Part shown: one piece after another, positions 35,512-46,563 of the stretch | How positions within the stretch are numbered: position 1 is the stretch's first letter | Layout: each line of letters opens with the position of its first letter | NCBI GenBank assembly: GCA_030826765.1 | Contig: JAUUDM010000012.1 | Span: forward strand, 8,664 to 72,663 | Length of the DNA stretch: 64,000 nt | Source: Nautiliales bacterium | GTDB taxonomy: Bacteria > Campylobacterota > Campylobacteria > Campylobacterales > JAADDX01 | Reading direction: 5' to 3' | Made by a program: the position numbers and the translations under genes | The notes under the pieces: model-generated | Told to the model about the DNA's origin: nothing | The model's input: only the letters and a program-made list of their open reading frames with translations | Databases searched by the model: none

Positions 35512-37377
35512 TTATTGGAAAAATACAGTAGGAACTATTGTAGGATATTTTTTCATTTTTCTAAAGATATGTTTTCTAATTACACCTCTAACTTCATTTT
35601 CAAATATTCTATTTTTTTCAAATACATATGGTTTTGCATGTTTTAAAAATTCAACTAAAACTGTTTCCATTTCTTTGGCAAATGCGCTATCTTCTTTATC
35701 ACTTACAAGACCATAGCTTGTAACTTTTGGTTTATTGATTAATTTTTTATTTTTAGAATCAACTTGTGCAATAATCATAACAATTCCATCATTTGCAAGT
35801 TTTTGTCTATCAACAACGATGTCATCTGTAATTTCTTTATTTATTTGATTATCTATATAAATTTTACCAGTTTTAACAGTTTTAACTTTTCTAACTCTTT
35901 TTGCTGTTATCTCCATTTGATCACCATCTTGCATAATGAATATATTTCTATCATTAATTCCAATACTTTCAGCTGTTTTTTTATGTCTTAGTAAATGGTT
36001 ATATTCTCCATGAACTGGTAAGAAAAATTTAGGTTGAGCAAGTCTAAGCATTAATTTTTGCTCTTCTTGAGCAGCATGTCCACTTACATGAATTTCACTA
36101 AAATCTTGATAAGCAACTTTTGCACCTTTTTTCATTAAATAGTTGATAAGCTCACTAACTCCTGGTTCATTTCCTGGAATTGCTTTTGCGCTAAGAATGA
36201 TTTGGTCACCTTCTTTTAGTTTTACGTGTCTATGTTCATCAATAGCCATTCTGTATAAGGCACTCATACTTTCACCTTGGCTTCCAGTTGTTACGATTAA
36301 AATTTCATTATCTGGATATCTTCCAATTTCGTGTGCATCAATAAAAATATTTTTAGGAAGTTTGATATAACCTAAATTCATAGCAACATCAAGGTTTTTT
36401 TCCATACTTCTACCGATTATACAAACCTTTCTACCATATTTTATTCCATGAGTTATTGCTTGATAAACTCTATGAATATTTGAAGAGAATGTTGACATAA
36501 TTACTCTTCCTTCGCTTTCTTTGAAAAGTCTGTCAAATGTTGGTCCCACTACACTTTCACTTGGAGTAATTCCTGGTTTATAAGAGTTAGTAGAATCACT
36601 AAACATTGCTAAGATTCCTTTTTCACCATAATAAGCGATTCTTTGTAAATCAGCTGGATATCCATCAATTGGTGAATGGTCAATCTTAAAGTCAGCTGTA
36701 TGGAAAATTGTTCCTGCTGGAGTTTGAATAGCGATTGAACTTGCATCGATAATTGAGTGAGTCATATGAATCCATTCAACTATAAAATCACCAATTTTAA
36801 TCTGTTTTCTCTTTTTTACACTTCTAAAATATGAAGTGTATTCAAGCATTTTATGCTCTTTAAATTTGTTTTCTATCATTGCAAGAGGTAAAGAAGTACC
36901 GTAAATTGGAACTTGTAATTCTTTGAATAGATAAGGTACTGCACCGATATGATCTTCATGACCGTGAGTTATGATTAAACCTTTGATTTTATGTCTAATT
37001 TCTCTAAGATATGTAAAATCAGGAATTAAAATATCAACCCCGTGCATATCTTCTGTTGGAAAGCTCATTCCACAATCGAAAATTATAGCACTATCTTCTG
37101 TTTCAAATACTGCACAGTTTCCTCCGATTTCATCAAGTCCTCCAAGTGGAGTAAATCTAACCCATCCTTTTTTATCTTTATCAAGTTTTGCATCTGTATT
37201 TAATCTTGCAGCGTGAACTTTTTCATTTTCATTAAAACCTTGTTTTAAATCTTTAAACCATACAAAATTTTTAGGATTAGCCTGTTTTTTTTGGTAAGGT
37301 TTATTATAAGTTTTTGTATTTTTATTATCGTTTGAACTATTTTCTACTATTTTTGTTTCTGTTTGTGGTGTTGTCAT
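35512..37377 (-). CDS. rnj: Ribonuclease J
   Basis: 621 aa with the metallo-beta-lactamase motif THGHEDHIGAVPY, a beta-CASP region and the RNase J C-terminal domain. It has the K/N-rich N-terminal extension typical of Campylobacterota. A strong SD (AAAGGAGAAAACA) precedes the ATG. Confidence 0.9.
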   Translation of the reverse strand: MTTPQTETKIVENSSNDNKNTKTYNKPYQKKQANPKNFVWFKDLKQGFNENEKVHAARLNTDAKLDKDKKGWVRFTPLGGLDEIGGNCAVFETEDSAIIFDCGMSFPTEDMHGVDILIPDFTYLREIRHKIKGLIITHGHEDHIGAVPYLFKELQVPIYGTSLPLAMIENKFKEHKMLEYTSYFRSVKKRKQIKIGDFIVEWIHMTHSIIDASSIAIQTPAGTIFHTADFKIDHSPIDGYPADLQRIAYYGEKGILAMFSDSTNSYKPGITPSESVVGPTFDRLFKESEGRVIMSTFSSNIHRVYQAITHGIKYGRKVCIIGRSMEKNLDVAMNLGYIKLPKNIFIDAHEIGRYPDNEILIVTTGSQGESMSALYRMAIDEHRHVKLKEGDQIILSAKAIPGNEPGVSELINYLMKKGAKVAYQDFSEIHVSGHAAQEEQKLMLRLAQPKFFLPVHGEYNHLLRHKKTAESIGINDRNIFIMQDGDQMEITAKRVRKVKTVKTGKIYIDNQINKEITDDIVVDRQKLANDGIVMIIAQVDSKNKKLINKPKVTSYGLVSDKEDSAFAKEMETVLVEFLKHAKPYVFEKNRIFENEVRGVIRKHIFRKMKKYPTIVPTVFFQ

Positions 37378-38137
37378 TTTTGTTTTCTCCTTTCAATTCA
37401 GAAAAAACTTCATAAAACAACTCATTACTTACTTGATGTGGCCGAATGTTTTCTTTTATATTTAATTTGTTAAATATTTTTTTTATAATTTCTTTATCAT
37501 ATCTTTGAGATAAATTTTTTAGGAGTGTTTTTCGTGGTTGGCTAAAAGCAATTTTTAAAAATTTCGCATAATTTTCATCATATTTTTGTTTATGTTTCTT
37601 AAACAAAATTACTGATGACATCACTTTTGGTGCAGGATTAAATGCAGTCGGAGGAATATCAAATTTTATTTCCACTTCTGCTACTGAATGAGCAATTATA
37701 CTGAGCCCACCATAAATTTTATCCCCACACTCGGCACTAAATTTTTGTGCTACTTCTTTTTGGATTAAAACCAAAATATTCTCACAATTTTCATCATTTA
37801 GTGCTTTTAAAATGATATTTGTTGCCACATAATAAGGTAAATTAGCGATTAAGTTATATTTTTCTTCTCTTAATCTCCCCGTTTGCCAACTATCTAATAC
37901 ATCTCCGCAGACAAGCTCTAAATTATTGAACTTATCTTTTAATATTTTACATAAATCTTCGTCAATCTCATAAGCTACTAAGCTGTTTTTTTGAAGTAAC
38001 TTTTCTGTTAAATCACCCAATCCAGGACCAATCTCAACAATTAAATTGTCATTATTGGGCATCGATTCGATGATTTTGTTTACATAGCTTTTATCTTGTA
38101 AAAAATTTTGTCCGAATTTCTTTTTGGCTTGTATTAT
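37337..38137 (-). CDS. rsmA: 16S rRNA (adenine1518/1519-N6)-dimethyltransferase RsmA/KsgA; start appears non-canonical (ATA)
   Basis: The ORF track starts at ATG 38062 (MPNNDNLIVEIGPGLGDLT). The same frame stays open upstream and encodes the conserved KsgA N-terminus IIQAKKKFGQNFLQDKSYVNKIIES. No ATG, GTG or TTG is available there. SD AAAGGA lies 6 nt before ATA 38137. Confidence 0.8.
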   Translation of the reverse strand: MIQAKKKFGQNFLQDKSYVNKIIESMPNNDNLIVEIGPGLGDLTEKLLQKNSLVAYEIDEDLCKILKDKFNNLELVCGDVLDSWQTGRLREEKYNLIANLPYYVATNIILKALNDENCENILVLIQKEVAQKFSAECGDKIYGGLSIIAHSVAEVEIKFDIPPTAFNPAPKVMSSVILFKKHKQKYDENYAKFLKIAFSQPRKTLLKNLSQRYDKEIIKKIFNKLNIKENIRPHQVSNELFYEVFSELKGENKNDNTTNRNKNSRK

Positions 38138-38197
38138 AACATATCCTTTTCTTTTTTTGGTAGAATTATAATATAAATTTATAAAAAAGGTAAAAAA

Positions 38198-38959
38198 TTG
38201 AATTATTTAGCAAAAAGAATTATCCCTTGTTTAGATGTAAAAGATGGAAGAGTTGTAAAGGGAGTAAACTTTGTAGGGCTTCGTGATGCAGGGGATCCTG
38301 TAGAAGCAGCAGTTAGATATAACGAAGAAGGAGCAGATGAGCTTACATTTTTGGATATTACGGCTTCTCATGAAGAGAGAGATACGATTGTTGATATTGT
38401 AAAAAATGTGGCAAAAGAGGTTTTTATACCTTTAACTGTGGGTGGAGGAATTAGAAAACTTGATGATATTTATAAATTATTAAATGTAGGATGTGATAAA
38501 GTATCAATTAATTCGAGTGCAGTAAAAAATCCTAATTTTATAAATGAAGGTGCTAAAAGATTTGGAAGTCAATGTATTGTTGTGGCTATTGATGTAAAAC
38601 AAGTAAAACCAAATAAATGGAATGTTTTTGTAAAAGGCGGTCGTGAAGATACTGGACTTGACGCTATAGAATGGGCAAAAGAGGTAGTTGATAGAGGTGC
38701 AGGGGAAATTTTACTTACAAGTATGGATAGTGATGGAACAAAAGCAGGGTTTGATATTGATATAACTAAAACTATTTCAGAACTTGTAAATGTTCCAGTA
38801 ATTGCAAGTGGAGGGGCTGGTAAGATGGAACATTTTAAAGAAGTATTTGAAAATAGTGCTGATGCTGCTCTTGCTGCTTCTATTTTTCATTTTAGAGAAA
38901 TTGATATTATGGATTTAAAACATTATCTTGATAAAGAAAATATTACGGTTAGATTATGA
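38198..38959 (+). CDS. hisF: Imidazole glycerol phosphate synthase cyclase subunit HisF
   Basis: 253 aa: (M)[21 protein letters not shown]...[13 protein letters not shown]...SGGAG. The TTG start has SD AAAGG at 7 nt. Confidence 0.9.
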   Translation: MNYLAKRIIPCLDVKDGRVVKGVNFVGLRDAGDPVEAAVRYNEEGADELTFLDITASHEERDTIVDIVKNVAKEVFIPLTVGGGIRKLDDIYKLLNVGCDKVSINSSAVKNPNFINEGAKRFGSQCIVVAIDVKQVKPNKWNVFVKGGREDTGLDAIEWAKEVVDRGAGEILLTSMDSDGTKAGFDIDITKTISELVNVPVIASGGAGKMEHFKEVFENSADAALAASIFHFREIDIMDLKHYLDKENITVRL

Positions 38960-39378
38960 AAAAACTAATTATTTTCTTTTTTGCTCTTTCTTTATTTGCT
39001 TTTAAAGTAGAGTTTAATAATGAGTATCACACTTTTATAACTCCAAATGAACAAGCTATTTTGATTACAAAAGTTTTTCCAATTAATTATAAAAAAAATA
39101 TTATAACTAAAAAAGGAATAGTTTTATTAGATTATCAAAATGCAGATGAATTTGTAAGAAATAGTCTATATTTGCCAAAAAATGCTAATATAAAAGATGT
39201 AAACATAGCTCTTTTTGATGTTGATAAAGTTAGATTTGAGATTATTCAAATGTTAAAAAAGAAATATAAAACTTGTCAAATTAAAAAAATAGAATTCTTA
39301 AATGAAACACTTCAAAAAGTTTATTTCAAACCTTCTACTATAAAATTAAAATATAAAACTATCTTAGATTGTAAGTAG
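38956..39378 (+). CDS. Hypothetical secreted protein
   Basis: 140 aa with a signal peptide ([16 protein letters not shown]). Its ATG overlaps the hisF stop (ATGA). I recognise no family. Confidence 0.4.
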   Translation: MKKLIIFFFALSLFAFKVEFNNEYHTFITPNEQAILITKVFPINYKKNIITKKGIVLLDYQNADEFVRNSLYLPKNANIKDVNIALFDVDKVRFEIIQMLKKKYKTCQIKKIEFLNETLQKVYFKPSTIKLKYKTILDCK

Positions 39379-39417
39379 TTTTTCCTTTTTATAAGGAAAA
39401 AAGTTGTATAAAACTTA

Positions 39418-39446
39418 TTGAAAAAAACTCTTATTTTAAGTATAAT
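39418..39446 (+). promoter_or_regulatory. Consensus sigma70 promoter of the S10 ribosomal protein operon
   Basis: TTGAAA (39418-39423), a 17-nt spacer, then TATAAT (39441-39446), about 55 nt upstream of the rpsJ ATG. Confidence 0.7.
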
Positions 39447-39500
39447 TTTACTCCCAAAAACAAGTTGGGCAAACCAACGAGATCTTTTAAAGGAAAATTA

Positions 39501-39812
39501 ATGGAAAGAATTAGACTTAAACTACAGGCTTACGAGCATAGAGTATTAGATAAATCAGTAGCGATTATTATCGAAGCGATTAAAAGAACTGGAGCTGAAA
39601 TCAAAGGTCCAATTCCATTACCTACAAAAATCAAAAGATACACAGTATTGAGATCACCTCACGTAAATAAAGATTCTAGAGAACAATTTGAAATAAGAGT
39701 TCATAGAAGAATGATTGACGTTGTAGCAGCAAGCGGAGATACAGTTGACCAACTTATGAAACTTGAACTTGCACCAGAGGTGGATGTAGAAGTTAGAGCT
39801 TTAAATAAGTAA
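39501..39812 (+). CDS. rpsJ: 30S ribosomal protein S10
   Basis: [17 protein letters not shown]...[21 protein letters not shown] precedes ATG 39501. The ORF-track TTG 39465 lies in the leader. Confidence 0.95.
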   Translation: MERIRLKLQAYEHRVLDKSVAIIIEAIKRTGAEIKGPIPLPTKIKRYTVLRSPHVNKDSREQFEIRVHRRMIDVVAASGDTVDQLMKLELAPEVDVEVRALNK

Positions 39813-39818
39813 GGAGAA

Positions 39819-40397
39819 ATGATGGAATTTATAGTTGAAAAAATTGGAATGAGTAGAACAATTTCAGTTCCAAGCACGCCAGTTACTCTATTAAAAGTAA
39901 AAGAAGCCAAAGTAGTAGAAGTTAAAGATGGTAAATCTTTAGTTGCTTACTCAGATGGTAAAAAATTTAATAAAGCAATCGAAGGTATGCAAAAAAAATA
40001 TAATTTAAGTAAAGAATTTAATAGATTTGCTGAACTTGAAACAGCAAATACAGAAGCTGGAGACTTAGATTTAAGTGCTATTGAAGCAGGAAAAACTGCA
40101 AAAGTAACATTTACTTCAAAAGGTAGAGGATTCAGTGGTGTTATTAAAAGACACGGATTTGCTGGAGGTCCAGGAGCACATGGTTCAAGATTCCATAGAG
40201 CGCCAGGTTCAATCGGTAACTGTGAATGGCCAGGAAGAGTTCAACCAGGACAAAAAATGCCAGGACATTATGGAAATGCTACAAAAACTGTTAAAAATGA
40301 AATTTTAGAATTCAATGCAGACAGTGGAATTATTGTAGTAAAAGGAAGCGTTCCAGGTGCTAATGGAGCATTAGGAAGAGTAAGGATAGAAAAATGA
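39819..40397 (+). CDS. rplC: 50S ribosomal protein L3
   Basis: 192 aa with [13 protein letters not shown]-like [19 protein letters not shown]; second gene of the S10 operon. Confidence 0.95.
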   Translation: MMEFIVEKIGMSRTISVPSTPVTLLKVKEAKVVEVKDGKSLVAYSDGKKFNKAIEGMQKKYNLSKEFNRFAELETANTEAGDLDLSAIEAGKTAKVTFTSKGRGFSGVIKRHGFAGGPGAHGSRFHRAPGSIGNCEWPGRVQPGQKMPGHYGNATKTVKNEILEFNADSGIIVVKGSVPGANGALGRVRIEK

Positions 40398-40975
40398 GTA
40401 TTGAAAAAGTAACACAATTACCAGAAGATTTTCAAGGTATTAATTCTCACAACCTTTACCTTTATGCAAAAGCATATTTAGCTAATTTAAGAGCAGGAAC
40501 TGCTCATACAAAAACAAGAGCTGAAGTTAGTGGTGGTGGTAAAAAACCATTTAGACAAAAAGGTACAGGTAGAGCTAGACAAGGTAGTATCAGAGTACCT
40601 ATCCATGTTGGTGGTGGTGTAGCTCATGGACCAAGAAAAGATAGAAATTGGTCTCAAAAAATTAATAAAAAACAAAAAAGAGTTGCTTTAAAATACGCTT
40701 TAAATGAAAAAGCTGAAAATGAAGCACTATTTGTAGTTGACACAATTAAAATTGAATCAGGAAAAACTAAAGATGCAATCGCATTTTTAAATCAAATCAA
40801 TTCAAGAGACTATTTAGTAGTAGTTGATACATTAGATGAAAAAACATTCTTAGCATTTAGAAATGTTAAAAATGCTTATGTTATTGAAGCAAGTGAATTA
40901 AATGCTTACGATGCAGCAAGTTTTTACTCAATCGTAATCGAAAAATCAGCTTTTGACAAAGTTATAAAAGGCTAA
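40394..40975 (+). CDS. rplD: 50S ribosomal protein L4
   Basis: 193 aa with [21 protein letters not shown]. It overlaps rplC by ATGA. Confidence 0.95.
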   Translation: MSIEKVTQLPEDFQGINSHNLYLYAKAYLANLRAGTAHTKTRAEVSGGGKKPFRQKGTGRARQGSIRVPIHVGGGVAHGPRKDRNWSQKINKKQKRVALKYALNEKAENEALFVVDTIKIESGKTKDAIAFLNQINSRDYLVVVDTLDEKTFLAFRNVKNAYVIEASELNAYDAASFYSIVIEKSAFDKVIKG

Positions 40976-40978
40976 AAA

Positions 40979-41260
40979 ATGGCAGATATTACAGATATTA
41001 AATCAATCGTATATACAGAAAAAGCTCTAAATTTACAAGAGCAAGGTGTTTTAGTTGTTCAAACTGCACCAAAAGTTACTAAAAATCAAATTAAAGAGAT
41101 TTTTAAAGATTATTTCGGAATCAAAGTTTTAGGTGTTAATTCTTTAAGACAATCTGGTAAAGCTAAAAGATTTAGAGGAATTGCCGGAAAAAGAAATGAC
41201 TATAAAAAATTCTATGTAAGTATCCCAGAAGATGCTAAAATAGAAAGTTTAAGTGTATAA
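40979..41260 (+). CDS. rplW: 50S ribosomal protein L23
   Basis: 93 aa; the L23 fold sequence and the conserved operon position. Confidence 0.9.
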   Translation: MADITDIKSIVYTEKALNLQEQGVLVVQTAPKVTKNQIKEIFKDYFGIKVLGVNSLRQSGKAKRFRGIAGKRNDYKKFYVSIPEDAKIESLSV

Positions 41261-41271
41261 GGATAAAAAAA

Positions 41272-42096
41272 ATGGCAATAAAATCATATAGACCATATAC
41301 ACCTTCAAGAAGATTTATGACAACTCTTGATAATAGTGATATTACAAGTAAACCGACAGTAAAAAGCTTATTAAAAAAACTTCCAGCAAAAGCAGGGAGA
41401 AATAATAACGGTAGAATTACTTCAAGACATAAAGAAGGTGGGGCAAAAAAACTTTACAGAATCATTGATTTCAAAAGAAACAAATTTGGAATTGAAGGTG
41501 TTGTTTCAACAATCGAATATGACCCATATAGAAATTGTAGAATCTGTCTTGTAACTTACAAAGATGGAGAAAAAAGATATATTATTCAACCAGAAGGACT
41601 TAAAGTTGGTGATGTAGTACAAGCTGCAGAAGCTGGACTTGATGTTAAACCTGGAAATGCAATGAAAATCAAAAATATCCCAGTTGGGACAGTTATTCAT
41701 AATATTGAAATGAAACCTGGAAAAGGTGCTCAAATAGCAAGAAGTGCTGGAAACTCAGCTCAAATTATGGGTAGAGAAGGTAAATATGTAATCGTAAGAT
41801 TACCATCAGGTGAAATGAGATATATTCTTGGTGAATGTATGGCAACAGTTGGAACTGTTGGTAATGCTGATATTCAAAATGTTACTATCGGTAAAGCTGG
41901 TAGAAGTAGACATTTAGGTATTAGACCACAAACTAGAGGTATCGCAATGAACCCAGTAGACCATCCACATGGTGGGGGTGAAGGTAGAAGTAAAGGTAAT
42001 ATTCCTGTAACACCTTGGGGTAAACCAACTAAGGGTTATAGAACTAGAAAAAATAAAAAAACTGATAAATATATTATTTCAAGAAGAAAAAAATAA
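41272..42096 (+). CDS. rplB: 50S ribosomal protein L2
   Basis: 274 aa with [14 protein letters not shown]... and [17 protein letters not shown]. Confidence 0.95.
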   Translation: MAIKSYRPYTPSRRFMTTLDNSDITSKPTVKSLLKKLPAKAGRNNNGRITSRHKEGGAKKLYRIIDFKRNKFGIEGVVSTIEYDPYRNCRICLVTYKDGEKRYIIQPEGLKVGDVVQAAEAGLDVKPGNAMKIKNIPVGTVIHNIEMKPGKGAQIARSAGNSAQIMGREGKYVIVRLPSGEMRYILGECMATVGTVGNADIQNVTIGKAGRSRHLGIRPQTRGIAMNPVDHPHGGGEGRSKGNIPVTPWGKPTKGYRTRKNKKTDKYIISRRKK

Positions 42097-42105
42097 GGAC
42101 GGGAA

Positions 42106-42387
42106 ATGGCTAGAAGTTTAAAAAAAGGTCCTTTTGTTGATGCTCACTTAGAAAAAAAAGTAGAGGCAGCAAAACAAGAAAAAAACCCAAAACCTATTAA
42201 AACATGGTCAAGAAGAAGTACTATTACTCCTGATATGATTGGTTTAACAATTAATGTGCATAACGGAAGAGATTTCATTCCTGTATATGTTACAGAAAGA
42301 CATGTTGGATTTAAACTTGGTGAATTTGCACCAACAAGAACTTTCAAAGGACACAAAGGTAGTGTTCAGAAAAAAATTGGTAAATAA
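42106..42387 (+). CDS. rpsS: 30S ribosomal protein S19
   Basis: 93 aa with [12 protein letters not shown]...[25 protein letters not shown]. Confidence 0.95.
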   Translation: MARSLKKGPFVDAHLEKKVEAAKQEKNPKPIKTWSRRSTITPDMIGLTINVHNGRDFIPVYVTERHVGFKLGEFAPTRTFKGHKGSVQKKIGK

Positions 42388-42396
42388 GGATAATTT

Positions 42397-42717
42397 ATGA
42401 GTACAGCAAAATTAAGATTCATCAGATTATCACCATTAAAAGCTAGATTAGTAGCAAAAGAAATTCAAGGTATGAATGCAGAATTAGCATTAGCTAAAAT
42501 GGAATTTATGCCAAATAAAGCTGCTAAAATTATTGCTAAAGTTGTTGCAAGTGCAGTAGCTAATGGTGGTTATGATGCAAATGAGGTAGTTATCTCATCT
42601 GTTAGAATTGACAAAGGGCCAGTTTTAAAAAGATTTAAAGCAAGAGCAAGAGGTATGGGTACAAGAATAATTAAACCAACATCTCATATTTTCGTAGAAG
42701 TTACAAAGGAACAATAA
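42397..42717 (+). CDS. rplV: 50S ribosomal protein L22
   Basis: 106 aa with L22 motifs ([31 protein letters not shown]). Confidence 0.95.
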   Translation: MSTAKLRFIRLSPLKARLVAKEIQGMNAELALAKMEFMPNKAAKIIAKVVASAVANGGYDANEVVISSVRIDKGPVLKRFKARARGMGTRIIKPTSHIFVEVTKEQ

Positions 42718-43433
42718 TGGGTCAAAAAACGAATCCTATCGGACTAAGACTTGGTATTAACAGAAACTGGAGAAGTAGATGGTTTACTGACGAAAAAGTT
42801 ATGCCAGCTAATGTTAAAGAAGATTATGAATTAAGAAAATTCTTAAAGAAAAAACTTTATTATGCAGGAATTAGCGATATTTTAATTGAAAGAACAGGAA
42901 ACAAAGTAAGAATTACAATTTTTGCTGCAAAACCTGGAATTATTATTGGTAAACAAGGTAGCGAAGTTGAAAAATTAAAAGTAGAAATCGCTAACTATAC
43001 TGATAAAGAATTAGTATTAAATATTAAAGAAGAAAGAAAGCCTCAACTTTCAGCACAACTTGCAGCAGAATCTGTAGCAACTCAACTTGAAAAAAGGGTT
43101 GCATTTAGAAGAGCTATGAAAAAAGTTATGCAATTAGCTTTAAAATCTGGAGCAAAAGGAATTAAAGTTCAAGTTGCAGGAAGATTAGCTGGAGCTGAAA
43201 TGGCAAGAACTGAATGGTATCTTGAAGGAAGAGTTCCTCTTCATACTTTAAGAGCAAAAATCGATTATGGTTTTGCTGAAGCTTTAACAACTTATGGAAT
43301 CATTGGTTGTAAAGTTTGGATATTCAAAGGTGAAGTTCTTTCTAAATCGCCATTAGAAGAAAAATCTGAAAGACCTCAAAGAAGAAAACCAAGAGGTAAA
43401 GGAAGAAAACATGTTAATGCCAAAAAGAACTAA
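42717..43433 (+). CDS. rpsC: 30S ribosomal protein S3
   Basis: 238 aa with [18 protein letters not shown], a KH domain and a basic C-terminal tail. Confidence 0.95.
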   Translation: MGQKTNPIGLRLGINRNWRSRWFTDEKVMPANVKEDYELRKFLKKKLYYAGISDILIERTGNKVRITIFAAKPGIIIGKQGSEVEKLKVEIANYTDKELVLNIKEERKPQLSAQLAAESVATQLEKRVAFRRAMKKVMQLALKSGAKGIKVQVAGRLAGAEMARTEWYLEGRVPLHTLRAKIDYGFAEALTTYGIIGCKVWIFKGEVLSKSPLEEKSERPQRRKPRGKGRKHVNAKKN

Positions 43434-43836
43434 ATATAGAAAACAAATGAAAGGGAGAAACAGAGGTAAAGCCCATAGAGGAAATAGCCTTGCGTTTGGA
43501 ACTTTCGGACTAAAAGCAACTGAACTTGGAAGAATTAATTCAAGACAAATTGAAGCTTGTAGGGTTACAATTAGTAGAGCAATGAGCAGAACTGGTAAAA
43601 TTTGGATTAGAGTATTCCCAGACAAACCATTAACTTCAAGACCTGTTGGAGTGAGAATGGGGAAAGGTAAAGGTAGCGTAGAAGAATGGGTTATGAATAT
43701 TCAACCTGGAAGAATTCTATTCGAAATTACTGGTGTTAGCGAAGAAGTAGCTAAAAAAGCTATGAAAAATGCAGCACAAAAATTACCATTTAAAGCAAAA
43801 ATGGTTTCAGTGGAGAGTGAAAATGAAATATACTGA
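43411..43836 (+). CDS. rplP: 50S ribosomal protein L16
   Basis: 141 aa starting [19 protein letters not shown]. It overlaps the rpsC 3' end by 23 nt. Confidence 0.95.
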   Translation: MLMPKRTKYRKQMKGRNRGKAHRGNSLAFGTFGLKATELGRINSRQIEACRVTISRAMSRTGKIWIRVFPDKPLTSRPVGVRMGKGKGSVEEWVMNIQPGRILFEITGVSEEVAKKAMKNAAQKLPFKAKMVSVESENEIY

Positions 43837-44008
43837 GTTACAAGATAAAACATTAGAAGAATTAAATAATCTTCTAAAAGAAAAAAAAGTTGAACTTTTT
43901 GAAAACAGAATCAAATTAAGAACTATGCAATTACAAGATAGTTCTGTTATTAGAAAAATCAAAAAAGATATAGCTAGAATTAAAACTGCTATATCAGCAA
44001 AAGGTTGA
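43823..44008 (+). CDS. rpmC: 50S ribosomal protein L29
   Basis: 61 aa starting [29 protein letters not shown]. The internal ATG 43823 is preferred over the ORF-track 43769, which lies inside rplP. Confidence 0.9.
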   Translation: MKYTELQDKTLEELNNLLKEKKVELFENRIKLRTMQLQDSSVIRKIKKDIARIKTAISAKG

Positions 44009-44011
44009 TAA

Positions 44012-44260
44012 ATGGCTAAAAAAACTATCCAAGGAAAAGTTGTAGCTAAAAGTGGTGATAAAACTGCAAGAGTTCTTGTTGAAAGAAGAGTTCTTCACCC
44101 TAAATATAGAAAAATTGTTAAAAAATTTAAAAACTATTTAATTCATGATGAAAATAACCAATTAAATATTGGAGATTTCGTTGTTGCAGAGGAATGCAGA
44201 CCTCTATCAAAAAGAAAAACTTTTGAATTAAAAAGTGTTATCTCTAAAGCAGGAGAATAA
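44012..44260 (+). CDS. rpsQ: 30S ribosomal protein S17
   Basis: 82 aa with [27 protein letters not shown]. Confidence 0.95.
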   Translation: MAKKTIQGKVVAKSGDKTARVLVERRVLHPKYRKIVKKFKNYLIHDENNQLNIGDFVVAEECRPLSKRKTFELKSVISKAGE

Positions 44261-44262
44261 TT

Positions 44263-44631
44263 ATGATACAACCGTTTACAAGACTACAAATTGCCGACAA
44301 TAGTGGGGCAAAAGAAATTATGTGTATTAAAGTATTAGGTGGTAGTAAAAGAAGATATGCAACTTTAGGTGATGTTATTGTTGCATCTGTAAAAAAAGCT
44401 ATTCCTAATGGAAAAGTAAAAAAAGGTCAAGTAGTAAAAGCTGTAGTTGTTAGAACTAAAAAAGAGGTTCAAAGAGAAAATGGTTCTTTAATTAGATTTG
44501 ACGAAAATGCAGCTGTTATTCTTGATAATAAAAAAGAACCAATTGGAACAAGAATTTTTGGACCTGTTGGAAGAGAAGTTAGATATGCTAACTTTATGAA
44601 AATAGTTTCACTTGCACCGGAGGTGTTATAA
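44263..44631 (+). CDS. rplN: 50S ribosomal protein L14
   Basis: 122 aa starting [28 protein letters not shown]. Confidence 0.95.
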   Translation: MIQPFTRLQIADNSGAKEIMCIKVLGGSKRRYATLGDVIVASVKKAIPNGKVKKGQVVKAVVVRTKKEVQRENGSLIRFDENAAVILDNKKEPIGTRIFGPVGREVRYANFMKIVSLAPEVL

Positions 44632-44861
44632 TGGCAAAATTTAGTATAAAAAAAGGTGATACTGTAAAAGTTATTGCTGGAGATGATAAAGGTAAAACTG
44701 CAGAAGTTTTACAAGTATTGAGAAAAGAAGAAAAAGTTTTAGTTAAAGGTGTAAACCTTGTAAAAAAAGCTGTAAAACCAACAGAAGAGAATCCAAAAGG
44801 TGGTCATGAATTTGTTGAAAGACCAATTCATATCTCTAATGTAAAAAAAGTAGAAGGCTAA
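44631..44861 (+). CDS. rplX: 50S ribosomal protein L24
   Basis: 76 aa with the KOW motif [21 protein letters not shown]. Confidence 0.9.
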   Translation: MAKFSIKKGDTVKVIAGDDKGKTAEVLQVLRKEEKVLVKGVNLVKKAVKPTEENPKGGHEFVERPIHISNVKKVEG

Positions 44862-44865
44862 GAAA

Positions 44866-45417
44866 ATGAGTTTAAAAGAATTATATACAAACGAAATTAA
44901 ACAGAAATTAGCTGAAGAATTTGATATCAAAAATCCTATGCTAATTCCAGCACTTGAAAAAATTACAATCAATGTTGGTCTAGGAGAAGGTGGTAGAGAT
45001 AAAAAATATATTGAAAATGTAGTTAATACTATTAGTTTAATTGCAGGTCAAAAAGCGGTTGTTACAACAGCTAAAAAATCTATTGCTGGATTCAAACTTA
45101 GAGAAGGTATGGAAGTAGGTGTAAAAGTTACACTTAGAAAAGATAGAATGTATAACTTCTTAAAAAAACTTATTGCGATTGCACTTCCAAGAGTTAGAGA
45201 CTTTAAAGGTGTTAATAGAAATGGGTTTGATGGAAGAGGAAATTTCAGTTTCGGTTTAACTGAACAATTAATTTTCCCAGAAGTTAAATATGATGAAATC
45301 ATTAGAGTTCATGGTATGAATATTACTATCACTACAACAACTGAAAGTGATAAAGAAGCTTTAAGAATGCTTGAAATGTTTGGTTTCCCATTCACAAAAG
45401 GAAGAAACAATGGCTAA
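44866..45417 (+). CDS. rplE: 50S ribosomal protein L5
   Basis: 183 aa with L5 motifs ([26 protein letters not shown]). Confidence 0.95.
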   Translation: MSLKELYTNEIKQKLAEEFDIKNPMLIPALEKITINVGLGEGGRDKKYIENVVNTISLIAGQKAVVTTAKKSIAGFKLREGMEVGVKVTLRKDRMYNFLKKLIAIALPRVRDFKGVNRNGFDGRGNFSFGLTEQLIFPEVKYDEIIRVHGMNITITTTTESDKEALRMLEMFGFPFTKGRNNG

Positions 45418-45595
45418 AAAAAGTATGATTGCAAAACAACAAAGAAAACCTAAATTTAAAGTAAGAGCTTACACAAGATGTTCTATCTGTGGAAGACCTC
45501 ACTCTGTTTATAAAGATTTTGGGATTTGTAGAATTTGTTTAAGAAAAATGGCTAACGAAGGATTACTTCCTGGTGTTAGAAAAGCAAGCTGGTAA
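45410..45595 (+). CDS. rpsN: 30S ribosomal protein S14, zinc-binding type Z
   Basis: 61 aa starting [16 protein letters not shown], with the CSICGRP...CRIC zinc ribbon. ATG 45410 overlaps the rplE end. The ORF-track start 45371 lies inside rplE. Confidence 0.9.
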   Translation: MAKKSMIAKQQRKPKFKVRAYTRCSICGRPHSVYKDFGICRICLRKMANEGLLPGVRKASW

Positions 45596-45607
45596 AAGGA
45601 TACGACT

Positions 45608-46003
45608 ATGATGAGTGATATTATTGCAGATGGATTAACAAGAATCAGAAATGCAGCTGCTAGAAAACTTGATACAACAACATTACTTTATTCTAAACTT
45701 ATGGCGAATATTTTAGAAGTATTCAAAAACAAAGGATACATCGAAAGCTATAAAGTTGAAGATAAAGATAATAAACAATCAATTGTTGTTGTTTTAAAAT
45801 ATGATGAAAACGGAAATTCTGTTATCAATGAAATTAAGAAAATTTCAAAACCTGGAAGAAGAGATTATAAAGGTTATAATGAACTTAAATCTTTTAAAAA
45901 CGGATATGGAACAATTGTTGTTTCTACAAACAAAGGTGTGATTGCTAATGACGAAGCCTACAAAAATAAAGTAGGTGGAGAAGTAATCTGCAGTATTTGG
46001 TAA
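45608..46003 (+). CDS. rpsH: 30S ribosomal protein S8
   Basis: 131 aa with [13 protein letters not shown] and a C-terminal GGEVICSIW. Confidence 0.95.
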   Translation: MMSDIIADGLTRIRNAAARKLDTTTLLYSKLMANILEVFKNKGYIESYKVEDKDNKQSIVVVLKYDENGNSVINEIKKISKPGRRDYKGYNELKSFKNGYGTIVVSTNKGVIANDEAYKNKVGGEVICSIW

Positions 46004-46016
46004 AAAGGAAAAATAA

Positions 46017-46553
46017 ATGAGTAGAATTGGAAAATTACCTATAGCGTTGCCTGCTGGAATTGAGGCAAAGTTAGAAGGAACAAAACTAATTATCAAAAAT
46101 TCAAAAGAAACAAAAGAGTTAGAAACTTTTGGTAGAGTTTCTGTTGAAATTAAAGATAATAGTATTGTAATGAACAGAGTTGGTGAAGATAAAGCATCAA
46201 GTGCATTCTGGGGAACATATAGATCATTAGCAAATAATATGGTTATAGGATTAAGTACTGGATTTACAAAACAACTTATATTCAACGGTGTTGGATATAG
46301 AGCTGCTGTAAAAGGTAATGTTTTAGAACTTAATCTTGGTTTCTCACATCCAATTAATTTTGAAATTCCAAAAGGAATTACTATCACAGTTGAAAAAAAC
46401 ACTATCACAATCAAAGGTAGTGACAAACAATTAGTTGGTCAAGTTGCGGCTGAAATCAGAGGTTATAGACCACCTGAGCCTTACAAAGGTAAAGGAATTA
46501 GATATGCGGATGAGCATATCATAAGAAAAGCCGGAAAAACAGCTAAGAAATAA
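46017..46553 (+). CDS. rplF: 50S ribosomal protein L6
   Basis: 178 aa with MSRIGKLPI and [11 protein letters not shown]. Confidence 0.95.
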   Translation: MSRIGKLPIALPAGIEAKLEGTKLIIKNSKETKELETFGRVSVEIKDNSIVMNRVGEDKASSAFWGTYRSLANNMVIGLSTGFTKQLIFNGVGYRAAVKGNVLELNLGFSHPINFEIPKGITITVEKNTITIKGSDKQLVGQVAAEIRGYRPPEPYKGKGIRYADEHIIRKAGKTAKK

Positions 46554-46563
46554 GGTGTGATAA

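Noticed and set aside
45845-46426. 193-aa minus-strand ORF antisense to rpsH/rplF, and similar antisense ORFs inside other genes (e.g. 2462-2686, 7442-7627, 8684-8953, 10212-10451, 12927-13490, 36143-37216, 39701-39910, 41506-41733, 42144-42356, 43353-43625, 44739-45302, 46431-47174, 47583-47789, 51272-51604)
   Set aside because: All sit fully inside well-supported genes on the opposite strand. They have low-complexity, hydrophobic or Ser/Phe/Leu-rich translations and no SD. These are shadow ORFs, typical of biased codon usage.
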